Below the pieces are notes generated by a model, which searched no databases, was not told where the DNA came from, and was given only the letters and a program-made list of their open reading frames with translations. A stretch of 64,000 nucleotides of DNA. It comes from Ostrea edulis (taxonomy: Eukaryota). Below, one piece after another: positions 36,440 to 48,445 of this stretch (position 1 is its first letter; the number at the start of each line of letters is the position of its first letter). The stretch covers positions 28,086,001 through 28,150,000 of the forward strand of contig NC_079170.1 of NCBI RefSeq assembly GCF_947568905.1, given 5' to 3'. The position numbers and the translations under genes were made by a program.

Positions 36440-37675
36440 TGCAACGAACCAGACCGGGATTCGAACCAGGTGCGCTACCAATGAAGCTGTGGCACTGGCA
36501 ATCAAAACCTTCTGACCCTCACATTTCTCCCTCCGTAAAAGGTTTCACACCTTAAACAGAGGCTGGAATATGACATCAAATGTAACTGGAAAAGAAAAAA
36601 AGCAACAGATTAGAGCGAGGCCAAACACAGGCTCCCTGAATCTCTGGTCAGGTGCTTTACACTGTACCAATTGAGCTCTGTAGTCACATGTGAAGGGAAC
36701 TGGCTGACAGCCACACAGGAAATAAACAAAACACTAATAAGAATTAGTACTCTTTTAATATCGAAAATGACAGATTCTATATTCCATTCCCAATGTAATA
36801 TTCAAAACATTTCAGATTAGAAATATATGTACGGCTGTGTTATACGACACTCAAGAAAAAGACGCACTGTGTAAAATTGCGCTTTGCGATTTCTTTCTGA
36901 ATACGAAAAAATTGGGTCCGGCTCAACACGCATTGTTATAAAAATTTAAGAAAATGTTATTAAAATTGAGTCTATCACTGCTTAACAATATTTGGAGGAA
37001 AATGTCAAAGTGATTGAATGAGATAATTCAAAATTTGATATCACTTTGCTTATCATACATCCATAGACTAGAACAATATTTTCTAGCTAGAATTACATTT
37101 GTACATGCACTACTGTGACATCATTTTAGATTTTGTTGGAGTGCTAAAATAATTTATGCCGTAAAATGGCTGAAATAATGCCAAAACGGGTACAACATCA
37201 ATTAATCAATCAATCAAACTAAAGGAATTTCATTTCAATAACAGGATTTTTATTTTTTCTAAGGAATTTATTTTTCTAAAAGGATATATAAAAAAATCTC
37301 ATAAGTTTTCCTTTTTCAAATTCTTATAAGGTCAATAATTGTATATGACAAACTCTCCATTTTATGTTCGAGTGAAATATGATACAATTAATGACATTTT
37401 TTTGGTTAATACTACATCTGTATGTTTTAGTTCCGGACCACACTCCATAATATTGTACTTCGAGGGTAGTTAAACCCACAGATACCAACGCAATTGTACG
37501 CTTTTATCAAAATCCATCCAGAGTTCCGCAGCTTTACTGGAAATACATAACAAGACGAGAAGCAGGCTCATGTAAACAATAAATCGGTTCCCAGGTTGGA
37601 CTGGAGTTTTGATTTACAGATTTCCTGTCAACGGTAGTTAAGGTGGGATGTTGGTTGGTTATCTGGTTTGTTGTA

Positions 37676-37842
37676 TGAAAGATGAAGATAACGAACATTG
37701 ATCAATCCCATAACTCCTATAAGCAATACAAAATAGAGATTTTAGCAAACATGGACCTTTGGATATACCAGAGTTGGGGTCAGGTGCCTAGGAGGAGTAA
37801 GCATCCCCTGTCGACCGGTCACACCCGCCATGAGCCCTATAT
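37676..37842 (-). mobile_element. Family A retroelement
   Basis: Reverse complement of the family A core; followed by a related repeat fragment to ~37965. Confidence 0.85.
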
Positions 37843-38547
37843 CTAACAATCGGTGTGAAACACGTCAGACAGCATTTGACCAATGATAGGTGAGATCGTT
37901 ATAACGACCATATAATTTGCGAAATGCTGACTTCAATCGAGACTGTTGAAACCTCTGTACAATCAACTTGTTTGTCAATAGCTTGCCTTTGTATTTACAT
38001 TTTAACCTGGTCACTTTAGCTTCGTATTGGCAATTCGCTAGGTATATTGAGACCGAAGGGGGGTGTAGTTGCGTTGGTCTTTATACCCCTATCAACTCTG
38101 ACAAACTATTGCAATTTTGCCTTTTATCTGCACTGATGATGGACTTTTCTCCGCTAGCAAGTACACTGGAGATTGAGTACTATAGATCTGTGTCGGTCAA
38201 TGCCATTGGTTAGACCCGCCATTGAGTAACCTCGGGCATCTTCTAATGTAATACCGAAAAACACCAAGGCGTGTAGTATTACTGAAAGAACATTAAAAGT
38301 TCCACCTTTTTTGGTGGGGGTACTCCTAGATATAGTTTAAATAATTGCGCATTGTCATGCACTATGATATGAATTATCGACTACATTTATACATGTACAT
38401 AATGGACCATCGAAAAGAGCCAAAACAATTTTAATACACCTAGACGTATTGTTTGCCTGCGAATAAAAAACAGAACACGGTATAAACGGATTCAAAATTT
38501 TAGAAATGCAAGATTGCGATATTTTGTCGAAATGGCATTTAATTTAA

Positions 38548-38864
38548 GGAGGTATGCTACACCACAGAAATTTGATGTAGATGAAAAGTGGAGATATGTA
38601 CAACAATATTTTGAAGTTGAAATTTTTTTTAATTTACTTTATTTTGTCAAAAAATACAGTTTTAGTAGAAGGTAATCTGAAAAAATTTAAAACCCTTGCT
38701 GGACTTGAACCTGCGACCTACAGTTCAGTAGTCAGTATTCTAACCTACTGAGCTACTCAGCTAAGTTTTTAAATAGAAAAGAAAAAGTCTAATATTGCTG
38801 ATATCGATTTTTTCATCCATGTTTTTAAAGGAAGTCAGCCATTATGACGATGTAGAGTACTACC
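38548..38864 (-). mobile_element. Kolobok-like MITE carrying a tRNA-like cassette (copy 2)
   Basis: TTAA|GGAGGTATGCTACA ... TGTAGAGTACTACC|TTAA. Minus-strand cassette TAGCTCAGTAGGTTAG...GGTTCAAGTCC...GGGTTTT at 38692-38761. Confidence 0.85.
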
Positions 38865-41190
38865 TTAAGTATACACGACTAATCCCCGATTTGCTGTTAA
38901 CAGGACATCTGTAAATCAGATATCATTGACCTCACTAATCATGCTGTTCCTGATTGCTGCGTACCACCTGGATATACATGTACGAGTATATTTAATCCAG
39001 TAAAACTTTGAAACTTGAGAGTTTAATAAAAGCGCCAAACGACAATGGGAAATGATAAATAGATACAATAGTCATGGAATCCATGAATTTTCAGGATATA
39101 GTTCTGATTACTTTTGTTGATTAAAAAGCGGCTGAATCAAAATTAGTGTGTAAATTAATCAAAATCAGATCCTTTGTAACCCTCCCCTATAATTGCTACA
39201 CTTGTATTGGAGTGTATCGTAAGTACAGCGGAATACACGAGTCCAATTTTAATTAGATTAGGGTTGTGGGTCCATATACCAGGTGTCTGTGGCTAAAACA
39301 TCATATTGACAGAAAAAAATGTCAGTAATTGTTTTATCGTATGATTAGATGATTCAAAGTATCGAAACTGGTTACTAATGTCTACGAAACGATATCAAAG
39401 ACAACTGAAAAGTCGGCTAAATGGGTACACCCAACAGGCTGTCCTTTTAATTGTCTTTAATAATGAGTCTTTACGTAAAGCTTATTTGATATATAATGCT
39501 GAAATAAATCATTGTGTTAAAGATTGCAATATGATATTGTTCTAATTCACTCTGTCAGTGCTACATGGAGATCCAATATAACCTTCAGTATACAACTGTA
39601 TCACCGCCTCGCTATCAAATACAGATTTGGGAAGTTTTTTTTTTATCCCATTGTCAGTATTGTGCGATCATCGTTTCATTACATTTTTACTTGTTATTCT
39701 TTAAATTAACATTCCATTAGAAGAGGTTTTGCCAGGCGCGCCTGTAGAAGGGGGAGGGTGGTGGTGGTACAAGCTCTCCCCCACTGATCTGGGTAGAAAA
39801 TAAATACATTTGCCTTCTAATTGTACATATATGTAATTTGATAAAACGCTTCTGTACAACAAAACCGTGTATGCTAAACTTAACGACAATCGTTTCTGTA
39901 GAACAAAATCTTATATGCTAAAATCCTGATTGTGTTAGCGCAGGGTTTCATAATAGTACAATATGCTGGTTGAACTGTTTGCTGAAGTCTTACTATCCGA
40001 TCACTATATCTGATTTAAAAGTAACAGATTCCATTTTGATCTTCCAATAAGATCGGGAAGTGAAGAGCCATATCGATTCTCCACCTCGATAAAATCATGG
40101 CACTTTAACATCTCCTTCACACAAGCAAGGAATTATTGACGTATTAGTTCAAGTAATTTATTTGAACCGTTGATGAGGTGAAAATGATATATGCGGTATT
40201 TACATAATTTTGTTCAACACATTTCAAGATATGAAAAATATCTTTATTTCCGTGAGCCATACCTGTATATCATATGGCATCTATAAATCTAAAAACGTGA
40301 TAAGTAATAGACGTTTTCTATTAAAAATATCTCCTTTTTTCCAATGTTAATGACTTTCAGTTTTCCCTTAGCATCAAAATACCATCAAAATAATTTTTAT
40401 TTGGAATCTATATTCGATTTTCACATGTGTAAACCCCTGTACAGGTGTCATATTTCCTTGTTTTATTTACTGACTTTGTGTATAAATACCAAATTCCTGC
40501 GAGTAAATTATTTCAAACGTTTTTTATTAATACAATTGTATCAGTATTCATTGTTAAGAATGATGGTCAAGTCGCCCTGAATACAACTCACCCCCTGTCT
40601 ACAACTCACCCCCTGTTTGGGACAACTCACCCACTCCGTCAAGACAATTCGCCCTCTCTATGAAAACACTTTTTCCATTGCTGAATCAATATCTTTTTAG
40701 TATAAGAAATATATAAACCTTGATAGCCTATTCTATTTTCATGCTTTTAGTAACACAAGCGTGTATCTTATTTCATTAGTTCATTTTCCCACCCACTTTA
40801 GACAACTTGCTCGTGCGAGATCCTTGTGGTTTGGCAGATATATAGAGAATATCACAAGCTATTAAAATCCACACCATTTGTTTGTTGTTTTTTTTTTAGT
40901 TTCAGTTTCTTTATTTCCGTGAGCCATGCATGTATGTCATATGGCCCCATATCTATAAATTTAAAAACATGATAAGTAATAGACGTTTCCTATTAAAAAT
41001 ATCTCCTTTTTTTCAAGTGTTAATGACTTTCAGTTTTCCCTTAGCATCCTTCATGACTTACGTGTAAATATTTATTACCAAGAAAACGGGTTTTGTTTTC
41101 TTTTTGTAAAGTTGTGTACGTTGTGTTAATGCCTTCATATAAGACGACATATCAAAAAATCGCAAATGTTTTCATTCTTTCTTTTCTCCT

Positions 41191-41503
41191 AACAGTACTA
41201 CATGCACAGGTATAAACAGTACTACATGTACAGGTATAAACAGTACTACATACACAGGTATAAATAGTACTACATACACAGGTATAAACAGTACTACATA
41301 CACAGGTATAAACAGTACTACATGTACAGGTATAAACAGTACTACATGTACAGGTATAAACAGTACTACATGTACAGGTATAAACAGTACTACATACACA
41401 GGTATAAACAGTACTACATGCACAGGTATAAACAGTACTACATGCACAGGTATAAACAGTACTACATGTACAGGTATAAACAGTACTACATACACAGGTA
41501 TAA
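41191..41503. repeat. 24-bp minisatellite, ~13 units
   Basis: Unit AACAGTACTACAT(G/A)(T/C)ACAGGTATA. Confidence 0.95.
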
Positions 41504-41560
41504 AGAAATGGTAAGGCTATAGAGTATGTAAAAGGGAAACAGTAAATTATGATGACTGTA

Positions 41561-41626
<66 letters not shown>

Positions 41627-41684
41627 CATATACTTTTGGCAGCGTCTTATAAACATGTACAAGTTTCTTTGCAGAATGTTTGTA

Positions 41685-41752
<68 letters not shown>

Positions 41753-42289
41753 AAAAAGAAAATAAATACTTAAAAAAAAGTTATGATGATTGCCTTGAAC
41801 CCAGCTTGACCCTGCAAAGGGAGCTAACTTCCCCTGAATGTGCTATTCAACAATTTATTTTCATTCTTTTGGTGACAGCATTCAATTACAAAGTTGCTGA
41901 TTCCATTTCTTATTCATGATTATTGCGATGGGTAATTAACGCAAGACCAAACGATAAAATGATAATACCTCAGTCTTAACACGCTCTCATTTATCATTGA
42001 ACCTTTCCAATCGATTTTAAAACTTCTTTAAGATAATTATGTCCGGTTCCCACTTTAAATAAGTTAAATTAACATTTTAAAACAGAAAGCAAAAAAATAA
42101 ATAAATAAAAATGAAAAAAAAATGACGGGCTTGCCAAACAAGTGAACATAAAATGATCGTAAAATAAATATTTCATTTCTCGATAAAAGTGCGTAGTACA
42201 TTGACCTATTTGTTTGTGTTAGTATAGTTAATATGACAAGGGATATAAAAGCAACAGGGTCATTTCTTCACACTTCTATTTGCTTGTAT

Positions 42290-42590
42290 TATTATTTATA
42301 CTTTCATGTAAAATACTCAAATCTGATTGGACGAGAAGCATTTGAAAAAACATGACATTGTTACCCTCTGAGAACAGAAAGCGCGCGGTCCAGGGTGATA
42401 GTATCTAGCAACGGGTAACAGTACTTGATAACAGTGATACTATAAAAATTATCACATGCGTCAAATGATTGATCAAATGTCAACAGACATAAGTTTTCTG
42501 CTTTGTTGTTTTTATAACATTCAGTATGATAAAACAAATATTGTAGGTAGTTGAGGGTAACAATGTTACCCTCAAACTACATGCAATATC
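42290..42590. mobile_element. Hairpin-terminated non-autonomous element
   Basis: TTATTATTTATACT start, internal TCTGATTGG motif, terminal stem GTAGTTGAGGGTAAC-AAT-GTTACCCTCAAACTAC. Confidence 0.55.
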
Positions 42591-42853
42591 TGTATGATAC
42601 TCCCATGAAACAAACAACGTATACATTTATTCGTACATCTAAGAAAGCGGTCCAGCATCGCTCGCTCGCGTAGCATGATCAAAGACTGTGACAGAGAAAA
42701 CTCGACCTACATAAACGTCAGAATTTTTCCCGACCAAAATTTCCCATAATAACGAATAAACTGCCTCTAGCAGCACAGTCCCTGACCATCTTAACCAAAA
42801 ACATTAAAAACAGGTGAAAAATGTAAGGGGCCGGGCGTTCTTCACATGATACA

Positions 42854-43188
42854 CACAGGTGCTTGTGGACAGTACTTCCGGTACTCCCCTTCTTTTATTT
42901 TTAAATGTTCAATTCCTTGGGTATTTCGGACGTATTTTTGATAAAATATGTAACTTCAGAGTTTATCTATTTCAATGGAATACACAAATATCGCATAGAA
43001 ACCGTTTTTATGATCGGTGATATGACATTTTTAAAAACGGTTTCTATGCGAGATTTGTGTATTCCATTGAAATAGATAAACTCTGAAGTTACATATTTTA
43101 TCAAAAATACGTCCGAAATACCCAAGGAATTGAACATTTAAAAATAAAAGAAGGGGGGTACCGGAAGTCCTGTCCACAAGCACCTGTG
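42854..43188. mobile_element. 335-bp near-perfect palindromic foldback MITE with CACAGG ends
   Basis: 157-bp arms (42854-43010 / 43032-43188) with about 3 mismatches and a 21-bp spacer. Flanks are ATGATAC(+A) and ATCATAC. Confidence 0.9.
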
Positions 43189-43705
43189 ATCATACATGCT
43201 GTACTCATATAGAAATGGGTATCCGTAAGTGTCATACATACGGATATCCTAACCACCGTTCTGCTTTTTATTATCAGCCGCCCGGAGTTTTAGAGTATAG
43301 AATCATATTGCTGCTATGTGCTTCTCGAACCATCGCTGCGATGATACGATAACATGACACTACCATCCTCATCGCACTCGCCGTCTTTAATAGTGCAATT
43401 ACGCATGCGCGAATAGGTGAAAGTTTTGAAGGAGCTATTGGTAACACAAGCAAGATAGTCGGAAATACTTGTCGATATCATTTGGTTCTTTTTTATTACA
43501 TCAATATCTGTACATGCCTTGATTTAATTAAAAACTGCTCATACGCAGAATAAGCTTTTGCGTATCGAATTAGTTGAGAGACATAAACACCATATGCAGG
43601 TTATAATGGAATATTACTACGTAAATATAGGTTGTTGACAATGGAAAAGCTGAATATATTTCCGAGTCTAAAGTATTGTATGCATTTTTTCTACTTATAT
43701 CAGAA

Positions 43706-44647
43706 CAAGTGTTGTAGCATAGACCCCCCCCACCCCGGGAAAACGGGCCTGGGATAAATGTTCCTTCGTAGGAGGAAAAGGCACCCCAGCGTATAATTTC
43801 CCCTATCTACAAAGTCCGTATAGAGTTTCCCCATGGGCCGAAAAACCGCCCTGGTATAGAACCCCCCCCCCCCCCCCCCCCTCTTGTTTCCAGATTTCAT
43901 TTGTTATAGTTTAATGAAATAAATATGCGCTCATTAATATTACGATATTCATGAAATAAACGATTTTTTTAAGATGTTGAAGTTGGGTTTACACGCTGAA
44001 AACTTTGAATTGCATATAGTAAATACAATATGCTTTCCAAAAGACTGAAACGATGGTTAATATCATTAGGATTTTTCGTAAAAAGTTGACTAAAAGATAT
44101 ACAATTAAAATAATTATCTGAAAAGTAAAATAGATGCACTGTATAAATAAAAGTAATTTAATTTTCCCGTTTTAATATTTAAATTCGAACTTTTGAATTT
44201 AAAAAACTTCTTTCCAACTTCACTATTTCAAATATTAGATACGACAAAGACTTGAGGTGTCTGAATAAGGGTATACCATTACACGATTTGAATAATTTCC
44301 TTTAAAAAAACCATAAGATGATGATTGTGTAACACAAGACCCTGCTCAAAATAAAAAATAAAAAAAATAAGAGGAATTCCTGGGTCTAGATAAGCAAAAC
44401 AATTCTAGTAATAGAACTGGAAACGGACACATAGCTAAAATGTAAGAAGGGGAGAAAAGCGTACTCTTATTTAGGGGGAAAATCTATACTGGGACGGTTT
44501 TTCCTAGGGAGGGAATTGGGCCCGGGCTAATTCTTTCTTGGGGAATTTCCATGCTAGTCCCACCTTTCCGGGGGGGGGGGATGTATCCCGGGCCCGTTTT
44601 TTCGGAGGAAAAGTCTATGCGGGGGAAATTCTATGCTACAACACCGG
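43706..44647. mobile_element. Non-autonomous DNA element with subterminal repeats (EnSpm/CMC-like by inference)
   Basis: C(A/C)(A/G)GTGTTGTAGCATAGA TIRs, GC-rich subterminal arms with repeated CTATA(G/C) motifs, AT-rich core, AA on both flanks. Confidence 0.6.
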
Positions 44648-45319
44648 AACCCATTCATAACGCCCCATTTAGTGGTTATTTATTCTATTTTACTCAATTT
44701 TATGGAATATATATGTAACAAATTCTGTTGAATACAGCACATATAGCTTTAAAATGCTTTTAAAAAAGCACATTCTGTGCAATTTTAAGGACCATAATCA
44801 CCCCACCTCCATATGGGATGGAGATACATTATTTTCAAAAATTGAAAAATCACTACTCCCACTGCACCTTTGGAAAATATGAGATATACATGTATATATA
44901 CTAATATCTGCATTCAGAGTGTTATTTAAATTTAGTATGAATTAGGAATTAGTTGTGAAATTTTATGAATATAGATTAGGTATTAGTGATGAAAATTTTT
45001 GAGTATGAATTAGAAATTGGTGTTAAAAATATTGAGTACATTGTATATATTAGCAAGTGATAGAAATTTGTGAGCATAAATTAGGAACTGGTGAAAAACT
45101 TGGTGGACTGAGATTACTCCATCAAGAATTCAGAGACATTGTCGTGATATCCCTGTATAATGTTGATGTCTACAGTGACCTTGCTCTCCAGCCTCACACA
45201 TCTACAGGAGATCCGAGAGTTTACAGGAGATCCGAGAGTTTGGGAACGAAACAGTTATCCAGCCTCACACATCTACAGGAGATCCGAGAGGTTGGGGGAG
45301 CAAACAGTTATCTAGTGTT

Positions 45320-45556
45320 TCATAACGATTGTTAAGCCGTTCTTGGCACACTGATTTTGACTGCGGATAACTCCATTTACATGATCAAGATATAGGGTTC
45401 ACGGCGGGTGTGACCGGTCAACAGGGGATGCTTACTCCTCCCAGGCACCTGATCCCACCTCTGGTGTGTCCAGGGGTCCGTGTTTGCCCAACTCTCTATT
45501 TAGTATTGCTTATAGGAGTTATCAGATTGATCACTGTTCGTTATCTTCACCTTGCA
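45320..45556 (+). mobile_element. Family A retroelement, long copy, inserted at the start of the satellite
   Basis: CTTGGCACACTGATTTTGACTGCGGATAAC...TTATCTTCACCTTGCAT separates satellite units at 45188-45312 from the main array. Confidence 0.9.
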
Positions 45557-45564
45557 TCTATTAG

Positions 45565-48445
45565 AGGTCCGAGAGTTTGGGGAGGAAACAGTTATCCAGC
45601 CCCTCACATCTACTAGAGATCCGAGAGTGTGGAAAGGAAACAGTTATCCAGCCTCTCACATCTACGGGAGATCCGAGAGTTTGCAGGAGATCCGAGAGTT
45701 TGGGGAGGAAGCAGTTATCCAGCCCCTCACATCTACTAGAGATCCGAGAGTGTGGAAAGGAAACAGTTATCCAGCCCCTCACATCTACTAGAGATCTGAG
45801 AGTGTGGGGATGAAACAGTTATCCAGCCTCTCACATCTACTAGAGATCTGAGAGTGTGGGGAGGAAACAGTTATCCAGCCCCTCACATCTACTAGAGATC
45901 TGAGAGTGTGGGGAGGAAACAGTTATCCAGCCTCTCACATCTACTAGAGATCTGAGAGTGTGGGGAGGAAACAGTTATCCAGCCTCTCACATCTACAGGA
46001 GATCCGAGAGTTTGCAGGAGATCCGAGAGTTTGGGGAGGAAACAGTTATCCAGCCCCTCACATCTACTAGAGATCCGAGAGTTTGGGGAGGAAACAGTTA
46101 TCCAGCCCCTCACATCTACTAGAGATCTGAGAGTGTAGGGAGGAAACAGTTATCCAGCCTCTCACATCTACAGGAGATCCGAGAGTTTGCAGGAGACCCG
46201 AGAGTTTGGGGAGGAAACAGTTATCCAGCCCCTCACATCTACTAGAGATCTGAGAGTGTGGGGAGGAAACAGTTATCCAGCCCCTCACATCTACTAGAGA
46301 TCCGAGAGTGTGGGAAGGAAACAGTTATCCAGCCTCTCACATCTACAGGAGATCCGAGAGTTTGCAGGAGACCCGAGAGTTTGGGGAGGAAACAGTTATC
46401 CAGCCCCTCACATCTACTAGAGATTTGAGAGTGTGGGGAGGAAACAGTTATCCAGCCTCTCACATCTACTAGAGATCTGAGAGTGTGGGGAGGAAACAGT
46501 TATCCAGCCTCTCATATCTACAGGAGATCCGAGAGTTTGCAGGAGATCCGAGAGTTTGGGGAGGAAACAGTTATCCAGCCCCTCACATCTACTAGAGATC
46601 CGAGAGTTTGGGGAGGAAACAGTTATCCAGCCCCTCACATCTACTAGAGATCTGAGAGTGTAGGGAGGAAACAGTTATCCAGCCTCTCACATCTACAGGA
46701 GATCCGAGAGTTTGCAGGAGACCCGAGAGTTTGGGGAGGAAACAGTTATCCAGCCCCTCACATCTACTAGAGATCTGAGAGTGTGGGGAGGAAACAGTTA
46801 TCCAGCCCCTCACATCTACTAGAGATCCGAGAGTGTGGGAAGGAAACAGTTATCCAGCCTCTCACATCTACAGGAGATCCGAGAGTTTGCAGGAGACCCG
46901 AGAGTTTGGGGAGGAAACAGTTATCCAGCCCCTCACATCTACTAGAGATTTGAGAGTGTGGGGAGGAAACAGTTATCCAGCCTCTCACATCTACTAGAGA
47001 TCTGAGAGTGTGGGGAGGAAACAGTTATCCAGCCTCTCATATCTACAGGAGATCCGAGAGTTTGCAGGAGATCCGAGAGTTTGGGGAGGAAACAGTTATC
47101 CAGCCCCTCACATCTACTAGAGATCCGAGAGTGTGGAAAGGAAACAGTTATCCAGCCCCTCACATCTACTAGAGATCTGAGAGTGTAGGGAGGAAACAGT
47201 TATCCAGCCTCTCACATCTACAGGAGATCCGAGAGTTTGCAGGAGACCCGAGAGTTTGGGGAGGAAACAGTTATCCAGCCCCTCACATCTACTAGAGATC
47301 TGAGAGTGTGGGGAGGAAACAGTTATCCAGCCCCTCACATCTACTAGAGATCCGAGAGTGTGGGAAGGAAACAGTTATCCAGCCTCTCACATCTACAGGA
47401 GATCCGAGAGTTTGCAGGAGACCCGAGAGTTTGGGGAGGAAACAGTTATCCAGCCCCTCACATCTACTAGAGATTTGAGAGTGTGGGGAGGAAACAGTTA
47501 TCCAGCCTCTCACATCTACTAGAGATCTGAGAGTGTGGGGAGGAAACAGTTATCCAGCCTCTCACATCTACAGGAGATCCGAGAGTTTGCAGGAGATCCG
47601 AGAGTTTGGGGAAGAAACAGTTGTCCAGCCCCTCACATCTACTAGAGATCCGAGAGTGTGGAAAGGAAACAGTTATCCAGCCCCTCACATCTACTAGAGA
47701 TCTGAGAGTGTAGGGAGGAAACAGTTATCCAGCCTCTCACATCTACAGGAGATCCGAGAGTTTGCAGGAGACCCGAGAGTTTGGGGAGGAAACAGTTATC
47801 CAGCCCCTCACATCTACTAGAGATCTGAGAGTGTGGGGAGGAAACAGTTATCCAGCCCCTCACATCTACTAGAGATCCGAGAGTGTGGGAAGGAAACAGT
47901 TATCCAGCCTCTCACATCTACAGGAGATCCGAGAGTTTGCAGGAGACCCGAGAGTTTGGGGAGGAAACAGTTATCCAGCCCCTCACATCTACTAGAGATC
48001 TGAGAGTGTGGGGAGGAAACAGTTATCCAGCCTCTCACATCTACAGGAGATCCGAGAGTTTGCAGGAGACCCGAGAGTTTGGGGAGGAAACAGTTATCCA
48101 GCCCCTCACATCTACTAGAGATCTGAGAGTGTGGGGAGGAAACAGTTATCCAGCCCCTCACATCTACTAGAGATCTGAGAGGGTGGGGAGGAAACAGTTA
48201 TCCAGCCTCTCACATCTACAGGAGATCCGAGAGTTTGGGGAGGAAACAGTTATCCAGCCCCTCACATCTACTAGAGATCTGAGAGTGTGGGGAGGAAACA
48301 GTTATCCAACCCCTCACATCTACTAGAGATCTGAGAGTGTGGGGAGGAAACAGTTATCCAGCCTCTCACATCTACAGGAGATCCGAGAGTTTGCAGGAGA
48401 CCCGAGAGTTTGCAGGAGACCCGAGAGTGTGGGGAGGAAACAGTT
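45565..48445. repeat. Satellite array: 52-bp monomer, 175-bp trimer, 525-bp higher-order repeat
   Basis: Monomer GAGGAAACAGTTATCCAGCC(C/T)CTCACATCTACTAGAGATC(T/C)GAGAGTGTGGG; every third unit carries a 19-bp internal duplication (71 bp). Diagnostic variants recur every 525 bp. Confidence 0.95.

Noticed and set aside
36233-36515. Overlapping 90-aa and 63-aa ORFs
   Set aside because: They lie across the 3' end of a non-autonomous Helentron.
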